Positions 1 to 12,640 of a stretch of 64,000 nt of DNA are shown here, in pieces. The DNA comes from an uncultured Verrucomicrobiae bacterium (lineage in GTDB: Bacteria; Verrucomicrobiota; Verrucomicrobiia; Chthoniobacterales; Chthoniobacteraceae). Each line of letters opens with the position of its first letter. Position 1 is the first letter of the stretch. Where the stretch lies: NCBI GenBank assembly GCA_963836755.1, contig CAWIKF010000001.1, forward strand, positions 416,001-480,000, read 5' to 3'. Position numbers and translations under genes: made by a program. The notes under the pieces are model-generated. The model ran no database searches. It was given only the letters and a program-made list of their open reading frames with translations, and was not told the origin of the DNA.

Positions 1-1
1 G

Positions 2-322
2 CTCGTGAAGGACAGCAACATCGCAACCCGGCCGGACGATGTTACGACGTTGAAAGCGCAAACTCAGCGTGCCGTGCAGTTGTTTGGCGAAATCGTCGGA
101 CACGAGATTGTGGCGGTGAATAATGTCGGCACGCACCTTTTTCGCGTGACCTATCTTTCGCTCGGCAAGGAATATCCGCTCCGCTGGCGCTTTTATTTTT
201 ACCGGTCGGCCGAGGAATGGAAATTGATTGATATCCGGGTCGACGATCGGTTGGTGGATTTGTTTGGCGAGACGCCTACTGCCTCGGATCAGCGGCCGAC
301 GAATTGGCCAAAGTCTCCGTGA
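2..322 (+). CDS. hypothetical protein, 5'-truncated by window edge
   Basis: Frame open from window start. Protein-like C-terminus (YPLRWRFYFYRSAEEWKLIDIRVDD). Stop overlaps the GTG of the next gene (GTGA). Confidence 0.6.
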   Translation, partial: LVKDSNIATRPDDVTTLKAQTQRAVQLFGEIVGHEIVAVNNVGTHLFRVTYLSLGKEYPLRWRFYFYRSAEEWKLIDIRVDDRLVDLFGETPTASDQRPTNWPKSP

Positions 323-1161
323 TCGCGCGGGTTCTCGCGTTCATCCGATTCTCGCACACAGTCTTCGCGCTGCCTTTCGCGCTCGGCGCAATGTTTGTCG
401 CCGCGCGCGGATGGCCGGCGCCGCGCATCTTCGCGCTGATCGTGCTCGCGATGATCTTCGCACGCACCGCCGCGATGCTTTTTAACCGGCTCGCCGACTG
501 GCATCTTGATCAGCGAAACCCGCGCACTGCCGGCCGGCACAAACTTGTTTCACGCGGAGTCGCGGTCGCTTTGCTCATCGTCAGCGCCGCCGCATTCATC
601 GCGACAACATTTTTGATCAACCAACTTTGCTTCGCACTTTCGCCAATGGCGCTGGCGATCGTTTTTTTCTATTCGTTGACGAAGCGTTTTACCTCTCTTT
701 CGCATCTTTTTCTTGGTTTTGCGCTTGCTGTGTCGCCCGTCGGAGCCTGGCTGGCTGTGACGGGAAGCTTGGCGTGGGTGCCGCTGGTGTTGGCATCGGG
801 AGTGCTTTTCTGGGTCGCAGGTTTCGACCTGATCTACGCCACACAGGATTATTCGTTCGATAAAAAGGAAGGGCTCCGCTCGCTCGTCGTGCGGCTCGGC
901 ATCGCGCGCAGTCTCATCCTCGCGCAAATTTTTCACGCGACCATGTTCGTTTTTTTGATCGTATTCGGCGTCGTCGGAAAATTGGGTGAACTCTATTTCA
1001 TGAGCCTCGTGGCGGTGTTGGCAGCTTTGGTCTACGAGCATCGGGTCGCGCGAAAGCTTGATGTTGCGGCGATCAATCGTGCCTTCTTTTTGAGCAACGC
1101 GTTCGTTGGACTCGTCTTCGTAACGAGCATTTTTTTCGAGATGGTTTTGTTGCACTTCTGA
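319..1161 (+). CDS. UbiA-family polyprenyltransferase (4-hydroxybenzoate octaprenyltransferase / MqnP-like)
   Basis: RFSHTVFALPFA, FNRLADWHLDQRNPRTAGR and GFDLIYATQDYSFD motifs; multiple TM helices. Start may be TTG 304 or GTG 319. Confidence 0.9.
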   Translation: MIARVLAFIRFSHTVFALPFALGAMFVAARGWPAPRIFALIVLAMIFARTAAMLFNRLADWHLDQRNPRTAGRHKLVSRGVAVALLIVSAAAFIATTFLINQLCFALSPMALAIVFFYSLTKRFTSLSHLFLGFALAVSPVGAWLAVTGSLAWVPLVLASGVLFWVAGFDLIYATQDYSFDKKEGLRSLVVRLGIARSLILAQIFHATMFVFLIVFGVVGKLGELYFMSLVAVLAALVYEHRVARKLDVAAINRAFFLSNAFVGLVFVTSIFFEMVLLHF

Positions 1162-1207
1162 GTTTGGACCGTGTGGCGTTCATCTCCGTCCACACGACCG
1201 CTTTGAA

Positions 1208-1229
1208 CGCATCTACGCATCATGATGCG
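1208..1229. promoter_or_regulatory. palindromic candidate operator upstream of metH
   Basis: Perfect 14-bp palindrome CGCATCATGATGCG (1216-1229), nested in CGCATC-N10-GATGCG (1208-1229), about 50 nt before the metH start. Confidence 0.4.
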
Positions 1230-1281
1230 ATTATTTGTTCCTTGTCTTTGCTGACGGATTGGTGTTAAGTGGGATCCACCG

Positions 1282-2291
1282 ATGACCGAAGCTGTTTCCC
1301 TTTTACATCCGCTCGAGGCGCTTTTGCGCGAGCGCATCGTCATCCTCGACGGCGCGATGGGGACCATGGTGCAGCGCTACAAGCTGCAGGAAGCCGACTA
1401 TCGCGGCGCGCAGTTCGCGGATTGGCCGAGCGATCTGAAGGGAAACAACGATCTGCTTTGCCTCACGAAGCCGGAGGTCATCGAGGAGATTCACACGCAG
1501 TATCTCGAGGCCGGCGCGGACATCATCGAGACGAATACTTTCAACTCCCAAACAATCTCAATGGCCGACTACGGCATGGAATCGCTGGTGCGCGATCTGA
1601 ACTTGGCGGCCGTCAAAGTGGCGCGCAAAGCGGCCGCGAAGCTTCCGAATAAATTTGTAGCCGGCGCGATCGGACCGATGAGCAAAACGCTTACAATCTC
1701 GCGCGACGTGAACGATCCGGCAAAGCGAGAGGTGAGTTTTGATCAGGTAAAGAATGCATATTACGAGCAAGTTGAGGCCTTGATGGAAGGCGGTGTAGAT
1801 GTGCTGCTGGTCGAGACGATTTTCGACACGTTGAACGCGAAGGCGGCGCTGTTTGCGATCGAGGAATTTTTTGACAAAAACAGCGTGCGCATTCCCGTAA
1901 TGATTTCGGGCACGATTACCGATTTATCGGGACGAACTTTGACCGGCCAAACCGTCGAAGCGTTTTTGATTTCGCTCATGCACGCGCAGCCATTGAGCAT
2001 CGGGCTGAACTGCGCGCTCGGGCCAAAGGAAATGCGGCCTTACATCGAGGAGCTTGCGCACCTCGCGGCGTGTTACGTGAGTTGCTATCCAAACGCCGGC
2101 TTGCCCGATCCGTTGTCGGAAACCGGTTTTCCCGAGACGCCGGAAACGCTTGCTCCGCAGCTTCGCGATTGGGCGCAAAACGGTTGGTTAAACATCGTTG
2201 GCGGCTGCTGCGGAACGACTCCCGCTCACATCAAGGCGATCGCTGATGCCGTGCGCGATTGTCAACCGCGAGAACTTGTGGAGGTGCTGGC

Positions 2292-2295
<4 letters not shown>
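1282..2295 (+). CDS. metH: B12-dependent methionine synthase, homocysteine-binding module (split MetH, N part)
   Basis: [23 protein letters not shown] and GGCCGTTP Zn-binding motifs. Confidence 0.95.
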
Positions 2296-4939
<2,644 letters not shown>

Positions 4940-4958
<19 letters not shown>

Positions 4959-5692
4959 CTCTCGACGCGATTCTTCCAGCCTGCGAGCCAGCGTTCCTCG
5001 TGACGTGCCGGCGGTGAATTTTGCACGCGGCGCGCGAGCACCTTTTTAGCGGCATCGGAAAATGCGCGCACATCGCCGCCGTTCATCGTCTCGAGCACCT
5101 GCAGCAGTCCCCAGCCCGCGCCTTTGTAACGCTCGGTTGCCAGCGTCCCTTCGCCTTTGAAATTTGTGTAGTCAATCAGCGCGAACACCCCGCGCGGAGT
5201 TTGCTTCAGTCGCTCGAATTCGCGCTGCACTTTTTCACGTTTGGATGGATCGGCTTCCGCGAGCATTTTCGGCAGCGACTCTTCCATCCGCTCCACCAAA
5301 AACGCAGTCTGCGCGGGAATCGTGTCGGCCAAAAATTTCCGCAAGAAAGACATCTGGTCGCTCCCAAATCCACGCAGAAACTCGGTGCGGGAATTCCACG
5401 GGCACGGTCCCATCATCCACGCCTCCGTCTTCACGCTTCGCGCAGCGAGGAATCGCATGAGTTTGGGAAAACTTTCGTCGAACGGCCCGCGTTTTCCCGC
5501 CGGATACCAGATGAAATGGCCGATGCCGAGCGACGCGAAATCTTCGCCGGCGTTCCATGAGGTGAGGCCTTTCAACGTGCCCGCACATTCATTTTGCCAG
5601 ACTTTGTGGCCAATCTTCGTCAACTCGGCGGACGACATTTCGCCGCGAGCCGAGAGAGAAAGCAAAAGTGAGCAGAGCAGGAGAAATTTCAT
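4940..5692 (-). CDS. conserved exported hypothetical protein, possibly lysozyme-like
   Basis: Signal peptide [22 protein letters not shown]...[19 protein letters not shown] segment. Confidence 0.8.
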
Positions 5693-5785
5693 GAGGTCAA
5701 ATTGAGCGGACGCCACGAAAGCGCAATGCGAAGAACTTTGGATTGAGCGGCCCAAAGCATATAGCTAATCTCGCATTCTTTCCCC

Positions 5786-7732
5786 ATGAGCCAGAATATC
5801 GATTCCTATCTCGTCGAAAATCGCGTCTTCAAACCGGCGAAGGATTTTTCGAAAAAGGCGCACGTTAAAAGCCTCGCGGATTACCAGGCAAGATATCGCG
5901 AATCGATTGCGAAGCCCGATAAGTTCTGGGCGCGCGAGGCATCGGAACTTTTGTGGCAGCAGAAATGGACGAAGGTTTTGGAATGGAAGGAGCCTTTTGC
6001 AAAATGGTTCGTCGGCGGCAAAATCAACGTGTCGGAGAATTGCCTCGACCGGCATTTGTCCGGCGCGCGGCGGAACAAGGCGGCGATCATTTTCGAAGGC
6101 GAACCGGGCGAAAAGCGGACGCTGACTTATCAGCAACTGCATCGTGAAGTTTGCAAATTCGCGAACGTGCTCAAGCGGAACAAAATCAAAAAAGGCGACC
6201 GCGTCATCATCTACATGCCGATGATCCCGGAGGCCGCAGTGGCGATGCTGGCGTGTGCGCGGATCGGCGCGGTGCATTCGGTCGTGTTTGGCGGATTTTC
6301 GGCGGAGAGCATCAAGGACCGGATCGCCGACAGCAAGGCAACTGCGGTCATCACGGCAGACGGTGGATACCGACGCGGCGCGATTGTTCCGCTAAAACAG
6401 AACGTCGACGAAGCGTTAAAAACCAGTTCAGAGGTGAAACGCGTCATCGTCTTCCGCCGCGTGGGCAACGACATCCACATTGAGGAGGGGCGCGATGTCT
6501 GGTGGCACCGGGAGATGGAATACGTGAACGCGGAGTGCAAGGCGGAGCCGCTCGACAGCGAGCATCCGCTTTTCATCCTTTATACAAGCGGCTCGACGGG
6601 CAAACCGAAGGGGATTTTGCACACGACCGGCGGCTATCTGCTCGGCGCGTATTGCACCACGAAATACGTCTTCGACATGCGCGACGAAGATCTTTACTGG
6701 TGCACCGCCGATGTCGGCTGGGTCACCGGCCACAGCTACGTCGTCTACGGTCCGCTCGCGAATGGTGCGACGACTTTCATGTATGAAGGCGCGCCGAATG
6801 CGCCCGACTGGAGTCGCTGGTGGAAGATGATCGAGGAGTATCGGATCACGATTCTTTATACCGCGCCGACTGCGATTCGCGCCTTCATCAAGGCGGGCGA
6901 CAACTTTGTTAAAGAACATGATCTCACTTCGTTGCGCCTGCTCGGCAGCGTCGGCGAGCCGATCAATCCCGAAGCTTGGATCTGGTATCACGAAAAAATC
7001 GGCGGCGGCCGCTGCCCGATTGTCGACACGTGGTGGCAAACCGAAACGGGCGGGATCATGATCACGCCATTGCCCGGTGCGACGCCGACCAAACCGGGCT
7101 CGGCAACGCTGCCGTTTTTCGGCGTGGATGCAGCGATTGTGGACGACGACGGAAAGGAAGTCGGCCCCAATGTCGGCGGAAAATTGGTCATCCGGAAACC
7201 GTGGCCGTCGATGCTGCGCACGATTTACGGAGATAAAACTCGCTATAAACAAGCGTATTGGAGCGAGATCAAAGGAATGTATCTCGCGGGCGACGGCGCG
7301 CGGCGCGACAAGGACGGATATTTCTGGATCGTCGGTCGCATTGACGATGTGCTGAACGTCGCCGGCCATCGCCTCGGCACCAGCGAAGTGGAAAGCGCGC
7401 TTGTGTCGCATCCTGCCGTCGCGGAGGCCGCGGTAGTCGGGAAGCCCGATGAAATCAAGGGTCAGGGCGTAGTCGCATTTGTGACGGTGTGCAGCGGCGT
7501 AAAAGCCGACGCGGCTTTGCGCGAAGCTTTGCGCAAGCATGTGGGCGAAATGATCGGCCCGATCGCGAAGCCGGACGAAATCCGTTTTGCCGAGGCGCTG
7601 CCGAAAACGCGCAGCGGAAAAATCATGCGCCGTTTGCTCAAGGAAGTCGCTTCCGGAAATTCCGTGACCGGCGACACGACGGCGCTTGAGGATCTCAGCG
7701 TATTGGCGCGCCTGAGCAAGACCGAGGAGTGA
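5786..7732 (+). CDS. acs: acetyl-CoA synthetase
   Basis: [21 protein letters not shown] and [11 protein letters not shown] motifs; 648 aa. Confidence 0.97.
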   Translation: MSQNIDSYLVENRVFKPAKDFSKKAHVKSLADYQARYRESIAKPDKFWAREASELLWQQKWTKVLEWKEPFAKWFVGGKINVSENCLDRHLSGARRNKAAIIFEGEPGEKRTLTYQQLHREVCKFANVLKRNKIKKGDRVIIYMPMIPEAAVAMLACARIGAVHSVVFGGFSAESIKDRIADSKATAVITADGGYRRGAIVPLKQNVDEALKTSSEVKRVIVFRRVGNDIHIEEGRDVWWHREMEYVNAECKAEPLDSEHPLFILYTSGSTGKPKGILHTTGGYLLGAYCTTKYVFDMRDEDLYWCTADVGWVTGHSYVVYGPLANGATTFMYEGAPNAPDWSRWWKMIEEYRITILYTAPTAIRAFIKAGDNFVKEHDLTSLRLLGSVGEPINPEAWIWYHEKIGGGRCPIVDTWWQTETGGIMITPLPGATPTKPGSATLPFFGVDAAIVDDDGKEVGPNVGGKLVIRKPWPSMLRTIYGDKTRYKQAYWSEIKGMYLAGDGARRDKDGYFWIVGRIDDVLNVAGHRLGTSEVESALVSHPAVAEAAVVGKPDEIKGQGVVAFVTVCSGVKADAALREALRKHVGEMIGPIAKPDEIRFAEALPKTRSGKIMRRLLKEVASGNSVTGDTTALEDLSVLARLSKTEE

Positions 7733-7741
7733 CGCGCGAAT

Positions 7742-8764
7742 TTGCAGACTTCTTTTTTCGTCATCGGGCTGCGTGAAATTGCGCGAAAACTCTTTCGCAT
7801 ATTTTTGCGCATCACACATTTGTTACAGCGGCGAAGACTCAACCGCGCCGAGTTTGACCTCGGTTGGCTTGGATGGCAGCAGGCGGAATTTTTCGGCACG
7901 GAAGTGCAGGCGCAGATCGAAAAAATCCAGCAGTTCGAGAAGGAACAGGCACGTCTTCTCAATCTTTCGGCTGACCACGCGGCCGCTTTGCGACGGCTCG
8001 AAGAACGCCGGCAGGCAGCGCGCGACAACTTTGAAAGCGACGCCGCGGAAAAGAGAACCCAACGCGAGCAGGTGGAAAAACATCTCGCAGAGACCGAACT
8101 CAAGCTTGATGAAAACAAGGCTGCAGCAAAACGTTTTTCCGAGGCGCTGAGAGAATTGGAGAAACTGCCGGACGTTTTAACAGATCGTTACAACGCGCTG
8201 ATGGCAGTCGCGCAAGTCACTGATGAAATTCGCGAGGAGCGGCTGCGCGTGCATGATTTGCGCGCGAACATTCCGTCGGAGCGGCAGGATTTGGCGAAGC
8301 GGGAACTCGCAGTGACGCGGGAAATTTCCCAGCTTGAATCCGGTTTGTCAGCTGCGCGGGCGCAGCGTTCGATGCTTCTCGAGGCGGAGCAAAAGGCGCT
8401 TGAGACGTTTGAAAATGAAGATCGTGAATTCGCCAAGCGAGTGGCCGCAAGCCAGCGCCAGATCAAGGTTTCCGAGCGCCGCTCGAAAACGCTCGACGCG
8501 AAAAAGCGGGAGCCGTTTTTGCTTGTTGGTCGCTGCCTGGCCGATCACGAAATTGCTCCGATGAATCAGCCGGCGACGCTTGAGCGCGTGCATGAATGCC
8601 GGGCGAAAGTGGCTGCCATCGCGGAAAAAATCGCGGCCTCGCGCGCGGAATCTGCGGAAGTGCCGGCGACGTCGTTGGTATATTTCTACGTGCTGCTGAT
8701 CCTCGCGCTCGCTGCGATCATTTTTCTCGCGATGCATGCACGCGGCGGACGCTTTCCTCAATGA
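7742..8764 (+). CDS. coiled-coil protein with C-terminal membrane anchor
   Basis: Long E/A/R/K-rich helical region followed by one hydrophobic helix (LVYFYVLLILALAAIIFLAM). Start uncertain. Confidence 0.7.
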   Translation: MQTSFFVIGLREIARKLFRIFLRITHLLQRRRLNRAEFDLGWLGWQQAEFFGTEVQAQIEKIQQFEKEQARLLNLSADHAAALRRLEERRQAARDNFESDAAEKRTQREQVEKHLAETELKLDENKAAAKRFSEALRELEKLPDVLTDRYNALMAVAQVTDEIREERLRVHDLRANIPSERQDLAKRELAVTREISQLESGLSAARAQRSMLLEAEQKALETFENEDREFAKRVAASQRQIKVSERRSKTLDAKKREPFLLVGRCLADHEIAPMNQPATLERVHECRAKVAAIAEKIAASRAESAEVPATSLVYFYVLLILALAAIIFLAMHARGGRFPQ

Positions 8765-9485
8765 TCGCAACTTGCGCGCGCACACGACGGTCGAGCGCGA
8801 ACTCCGATGGCGTCTCGATCGTAAACGTGCGGTCGGCGTGATGAAGATGCAGATAGGGCGCTTCTGGCAGACCCATTTTTTTGAAAACGCGGAGGGTGAT
8901 TTTGCGACGGAAGACGCCGTTGCGGAAAGGTCGGCCATCGACGCGCGGCCGCGGGTCGATGGGAATAATTTTGCGCGCCGCTTTTAGTAAACCTTCGCCC
9001 CAATGCGGCTTCAGCTTCTGCACTTCGTAAAGGTAAAGCCCCTGCCCGTCAAAGTCCTCGTGCAGCATCAGCGCGAGCGGGAAATGCATCGGCTTGATGA
9101 GCTCTTTCAGCGCGCGTAACGCGGCGATTTTGTCGTCTTGAAAAAGTCGATTCAGGTCGCGGCGCAGATCGTCGTTGCGGCTGTTATTGACAAGTCCCCA
9201 CGGATTTAAACAAGGGAAAATGATGAACGGATGTTGGGCAAACAGCCTCACATTTTTTTCTGCCCATGCGAGGCAAGCTTCAGGGCCTGCGGGCTCGTCG
9301 CCATGGATGCCGGTGGAAATGTAAATCGCCCCGGTTTTCGGCAGACGCTTCGTTTTTAAAAAATAGACCGGATAGCCGCCGACTTCGGCGAAGCGGCGCA
9401 TGATGAGACCGCCCTTGCGCGCGAGTGCGCGCCAACGTTGGATGAGAAAGCGGTAGTCGTGGGCGCGGTGCTTCGTGACGTCCAT
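8718..9485 (-). CDS. M14-family Zn carboxypeptidase/amidase (MpaA / succinylglutamate desuccinylase-like)
   Basis: GIHGDE, NPWG, DLNR, LMLHE and TIETP motifs; ATG overlaps the mpl stop. Confidence 0.85.
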   Translation of the reverse strand: MDVTKHRAHDYRFLIQRWRALARKGGLIMRRFAEVGGYPVYFLKTKRLPKTGAIYISTGIHGDEPAGPEACLAWAEKNVRLFAQHPFIIFPCLNPWGLVNNSRNDDLRRDLNRLFQDDKIAALRALKELIKPMHFPLALMLHEDFDGQGLYLYEVQKLKPHWGEGLLKAARKIIPIDPRPRVDGRPFRNGVFRRKITLRVFKKMGLPEAPYLHLHHADRTFTIETPSEFALDRRVRAQVAIIEESVRRVHASREK

Positions 9486-10870
9486 CAGAGCGCGGCGAGC
9501 AGCTTTTCGTGGATGCCGCCGAAACCGCCGTTGCTGAAAATGACAATTACGTCGCCGCTGCGCGCGAGCGGCTGGATGCGCGCGATGATGTTTTCCACGC
9601 TCGGCTCGTAAAACGCGGGCTTGCCGGCCGCTGAGATCTCTGCGACGACGCCCTCGGGATTGAGCCGCTCGTGCTCGGGAATTTGCTCCAGCTTTGCGAC
9701 CTGCGCGAGGATCACGCCGTCTGCGAGGCCGAGCGCAGCGGGAAGTTGTTTTTGAAAAACGGCGCGTCGGGTGGTGTTCGACCGCGGCTCAAAAATCGCC
9801 CAGATTCGGCTGCCAGAATATTGATGGCGCAGACCGGCCAGCGTTTCGCGAATGGCTGTCGGGTGATGTCCAAAGTCGTCGACAACCTTGATCCCATGCG
9901 CTTCTCCGCGGATTTCCTGACGACGCTTCACGCCGGTAAAACTGGCGACCGCGCGCTGGATCACCTCGAGAGGCACGCCGTAGAAACGCGCGGCCGAGAT
10001 TGCCATTGCAGCATTCCGGACGTTGTATTCGCCGACGCACTGGATGTTGAACTTTGTATCGAAGAGCGTAAACGAAGAGCCGTGCGCATTGTAAGCGGCG
10101 TCGCGAATCTTGTTCGCGGCATTTGGTGAAAAGCCGACTTCCACAATTGGTGCGGGACAAGTTTTGCCGACATCCACGCAGTTCGCGTCATCGCTGTTGA
10201 GCAGCACCATTCCGTTTGACGGCACGATGTTCAACAGTCTGCGGAAGCTGAGCTTGATTGCCGCGAGATCGTCGAAGATGTCGGCGTGGTCAAACTCAAT
10301 GTTGTTCACGATCACCAGCTCGGGCAGGTAGTGGACAAACTTTGACCGCTTGTCGAAAAACGCTGTGTCGTATTCGTCCCCCTCGATCACAAAATATCGC
10401 GAGTCGCGCAGGCATGCGCCCTGGCCGAGATCGCGCGGAATGCCGCCGATCATGTAGCCGGGCGCGAGGCCACCGCATTCCAAAATCCACGCGAGCAGCG
10501 AAGTCGTGGTCGTTTTTCCATGCGTTCCGGTGACGACGAGGTTATGCCGACCGCGCAAGAAAAATTCCTTCAGCGTCTCAGGCAGCGACAAGTAGTAAAG
10601 TTTGCGGTTCAGCACCGCTTCGGCCTCGGGATTGCCGCGCCGGATCGCGTTGCCGACCACGATCAAGTCCGCGTCCGGCGGCAGATTTTCCGCGGCATAC
10701 GGCGTGGTCAGTTTCACGCCTTTCTCCTCGAGAAATGTGGACATCGGCGGGTAAATGTTTTCGTCCGAACCGCTCACAGTGAAATTCCGTTCGCGGAGCG
10801 CCGCGGCGACCGAGCCCATTGCGGTCCCGCAGATGCCGAGGAAATGAATGTGGCGGATCTCGTCTCGCAT
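9485..10870 (-). CDS. mpl: UDP-MurNAc:L-Ala-gamma-D-Glu-mDAP ligase (murein peptide ligase)
   Basis: HIHFLGICGTAMG, GTHGKTTTTS, EGDEYDTAFFDKRSKF, DDFGHHPTAI and FEPRSNT motifs. Confidence 0.93.
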   Translation of the reverse strand: MRDEIRHIHFLGICGTAMGSVAAALRERNFTVSGSDENIYPPMSTFLEEKGVKLTTPYAAENLPPDADLIVVGNAIRRGNPEAEAVLNRKLYYLSLPETLKEFFLRGRHNLVVTGTHGKTTTTSLLAWILECGGLAPGYMIGGIPRDLGQGACLRDSRYFVIEGDEYDTAFFDKRSKFVHYLPELVIVNNIEFDHADIFDDLAAIKLSFRRLLNIVPSNGMVLLNSDDANCVDVGKTCPAPIVEVGFSPNAANKIRDAAYNAHGSSFTLFDTKFNIQCVGEYNVRNAAMAISAARFYGVPLEVIQRAVASFTGVKRRQEIRGEAHGIKVVDDFGHHPTAIRETLAGLRHQYSGSRIWAIFEPRSNTTRRAVFQKQLPAALGLADGVILAQVAKLEQIPEHERLNPEGVVAEISAAGKPAFYEPSVENIIARIQPLARSGDVIVIFSNGGFGGIHEKLLAAL

Positions 10871-10924
10871 GAGAGCCGCACAAATTAAAATAAACGGCGC
10901 GCAAGGGAAGCGCTTTGTTCCAGC

Positions 10925-11905
10925 CTATTTTGCCGGCGCGCCGAGATATTGCACGCCGACGGCGACTGTCAGTGACGCCTCGGTCTTTTGCTGGGGGCGA
11001 GGCGCCCCGAGAAACAGCGCGTAAAAGTCCGGATCAATGTCACTGGTGGTCGCGGGCTTTCCTTTTTCAACGCCAATGCTCGTGGTCAAAGTTCGGAGCA
11101 GAACACGACGCGGCGCCTGCTGCCGGTCGACTGTATAGACAACGACTTGCGGAGTGATTTGAAGCGCGGCACCGGTTTCGAGCAGCTCCGGAGTGATCAC
11201 CAGCTCCGTCGCCGCGGCTTTCCATTCCGGCTCGTTCGCGGGAATCGCCCCGAGGTTGAGCGCGCAGTCATACAAAGCCGTCGGCGCTGCGACGCTGCCG
11301 CAGACCGCCACAATCATTGATTTTCCAGCAGCCGCCGTGGCCGTCAACTTTCGCGTGATGCCGCCGGCGAGCCCCGTTTCGCTCATCCGCACCTCCGGAT
11401 TGACCGTTGCGTAGCCGGTCGGCGCAAGGTTGAGGATCGTGCCGGGCTCCGCGCGGCGCGTCGTAAACTCGCGCGGCGTGCCCGGGACGATCACGACTTT
11501 GCCGCCGGGCTGTGGAAGAATCCGCGGGGCACCATAGATCCGCGGAACCGCTACCTCGTAATCTACGACCGGCTCCTGCGGTAAAACTTCGCGCGTCACG
11601 CGGTGGGTGCCGGCGTTCACGGTGATCGCGACGGAAATCATTGCGGGGGCGTTCCGCGCTTCCTGCAATGCGTGCGCGGCGGCTTCGATTTTTTCTGGAT
11701 TGTCAAAAAGCCGCACCATGCCGTTTGCCAGAATCACGAAGCGGCCTTGTGGCGAAAGAGTCTGGCGCAAAAGTTCGGTCACCGTCGCGGTCGGCAGGTA
11801 ACCGACGGGCGCATCGCGAAAAGTTCCCGCCGCAGCGGCACATCGCAGCGGCAAAATCGCGCAGATCAGCCAGCTCGCGGCGGCGCCGAGCAGAGCTTTC
11901 GTCAT
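10925..11905 (-). CDS. exported protein with NolW/secretin-N-like domain and short secretin-like C-terminus
   Basis: Signal peptide; YLPTATVTELLRQTLSPQGRFVILANGMVRLFDNPEKIEAAAHALQEARNAPAMISV resembles a secretin N3 domain. Confidence 0.55.
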   Translation of the reverse strand: MTKALLGAAASWLICAILPLRCAAAAGTFRDAPVGYLPTATVTELLRQTLSPQGRFVILANGMVRLFDNPEKIEAAAHALQEARNAPAMISVAITVNAGTHRVTREVLPQEPVVDYEVAVPRIYGAPRILPQPGGKVVIVPGTPREFTTRRAEPGTILNLAPTGYATVNPEVRMSETGLAGGITRKLTATAAAGKSMIVAVCGSVAAPTALYDCALNLGAIPANEPEWKAAATELVITPELLETGAALQITPQVVVYTVDRQQAPRRVLLRTLTTSIGVEKGKPATTSDIDPDFYALFLGAPRPQQKTEASLTVAVGVQYLGAPAK

Positions 11906-11966
11906 GCGTGAAAGGTGCGCCCGTTTGCGCCTCGAGACAAGCTCGCGGGGCAAAATCGCGCGCGCG

Positions 11967-12377
11967 TCAGGCGTTGCGCGGCTCGGTTTTCGTGCGGCGC
12001 AATTCAAAAATGCGCACCAGCACAAACGCGATCAAGGCGATGATGAAAAAAACCAGCAGCACCTCGGCGATGCCTTGCAGCACGTCGATGATCGTCCGGT
12101 AAACTTCCAGAATCCAGCGGTCGCGATTCAACTCCACGATCTCCGCGCCCTTCACCACCGGCTTCGTGATGTATTTCTCGAGATCGTAAATGCGGACGCC
12201 GCTGGAGATGCCGACGACGTAGATCGCGAACATCAAATATTTACGCCATGCGGCAAAAATATCGTCGCCGATGATACGCTTCAGGATTTGATCAACCGGT
12301 TTTTTGAAAGCCGCGGCGACGACGACCGAGACGACCGTCGCGATGAGGAAAGTCACGAGCAGGAGCGTGAGGAACAT
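11967..12377 (-). CDS. small membrane protein (3 TM)
   Basis: Three hydrophobic segments; WRKYLMFAIYVVGISSGVRI. Confidence 0.85.
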   Translation of the reverse strand: MFLTLLLVTFLIATVVSVVVAAAFKKPVDQILKRIIGDDIFAAWRKYLMFAIYVVGISSGVRIYDLEKYITKPVVKGAEIVELNRDRWILEVYRTIIDVLQGIAEVLLVFFIIALIAFVLVRIFELRRTKTEPRNA

Positions 12378-12431
12378 GGCTGCTTCTTAGCGCGAGCGGT
12401 CGCGGAGGCGCAAATCAAAAGCCGTCGGCGC

Positions 12432-12462
12432 AAAAAAAGCCCGATCATTTCTGATCGGGCTT
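12432..12462 (-). terminator. intrinsic terminator
   Basis: Minus strand reads AAGCCCGATCA-GAAA-TGATCGGGC-TTTTTTT. Confidence 0.9.
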
Positions 12463-12520
12463 GGCCAAGGAACGAGCGTTTAAGTTTTAGTAGTGTTTTA
12501 AGTGTCTTCCAGGCTCGCCT
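12432..12520 (-). ncRNA. candidate sigma54-dependent small RNA (~90 nt)
   Basis: Lies between a -24/-12 promoter and a strong terminator with no ORF. 5' stem GGCGAGC/GCUCGUU encloses an A/C-rich loop. Confidence 0.65.
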
Positions 12521-12529
12521 TCCTTATTT

Positions 12530-12546
12530 AGCAGCCGCCGTGCCAA
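12530..12546 (-). promoter_or_regulatory. sigma54 (RpoN) -24/-12 promoter
   Basis: TTGGCACG-GCGG-CTGCT versus consensus TGGCACG-N4-TTGCW, with exact GG-to-GC spacing. Confidence 0.75.
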
Positions 12547-12640
12547 GCCGCCGCACGTTTTTTCCCCGGGGAAATTTGAGTGTGCCCGCAGGGTGAAAAC
12601 ATTTGCGGACGAGACGTTGTGGGCTACTTTCGATGCCCTT

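Noticed and set aside
1162..1281. SAM or cobalamin riboswitch before metH; hairpin CGTGTGG...CCACACG at 1170-1196
   Set aside because: No SAM-I or B12-box consensus recognised, and the hairpin lacks a proper U-tract. Left uncalled.
6428..7819. Long antisense ORFs (also 14496-15887, 21337-22434, 29740-30708, 31171-32454, 33673-34877, 38292-39404)
   Set aside because: Shadows of well-supported genes on the opposite strand in high-GC DNA; no recognisable motifs.
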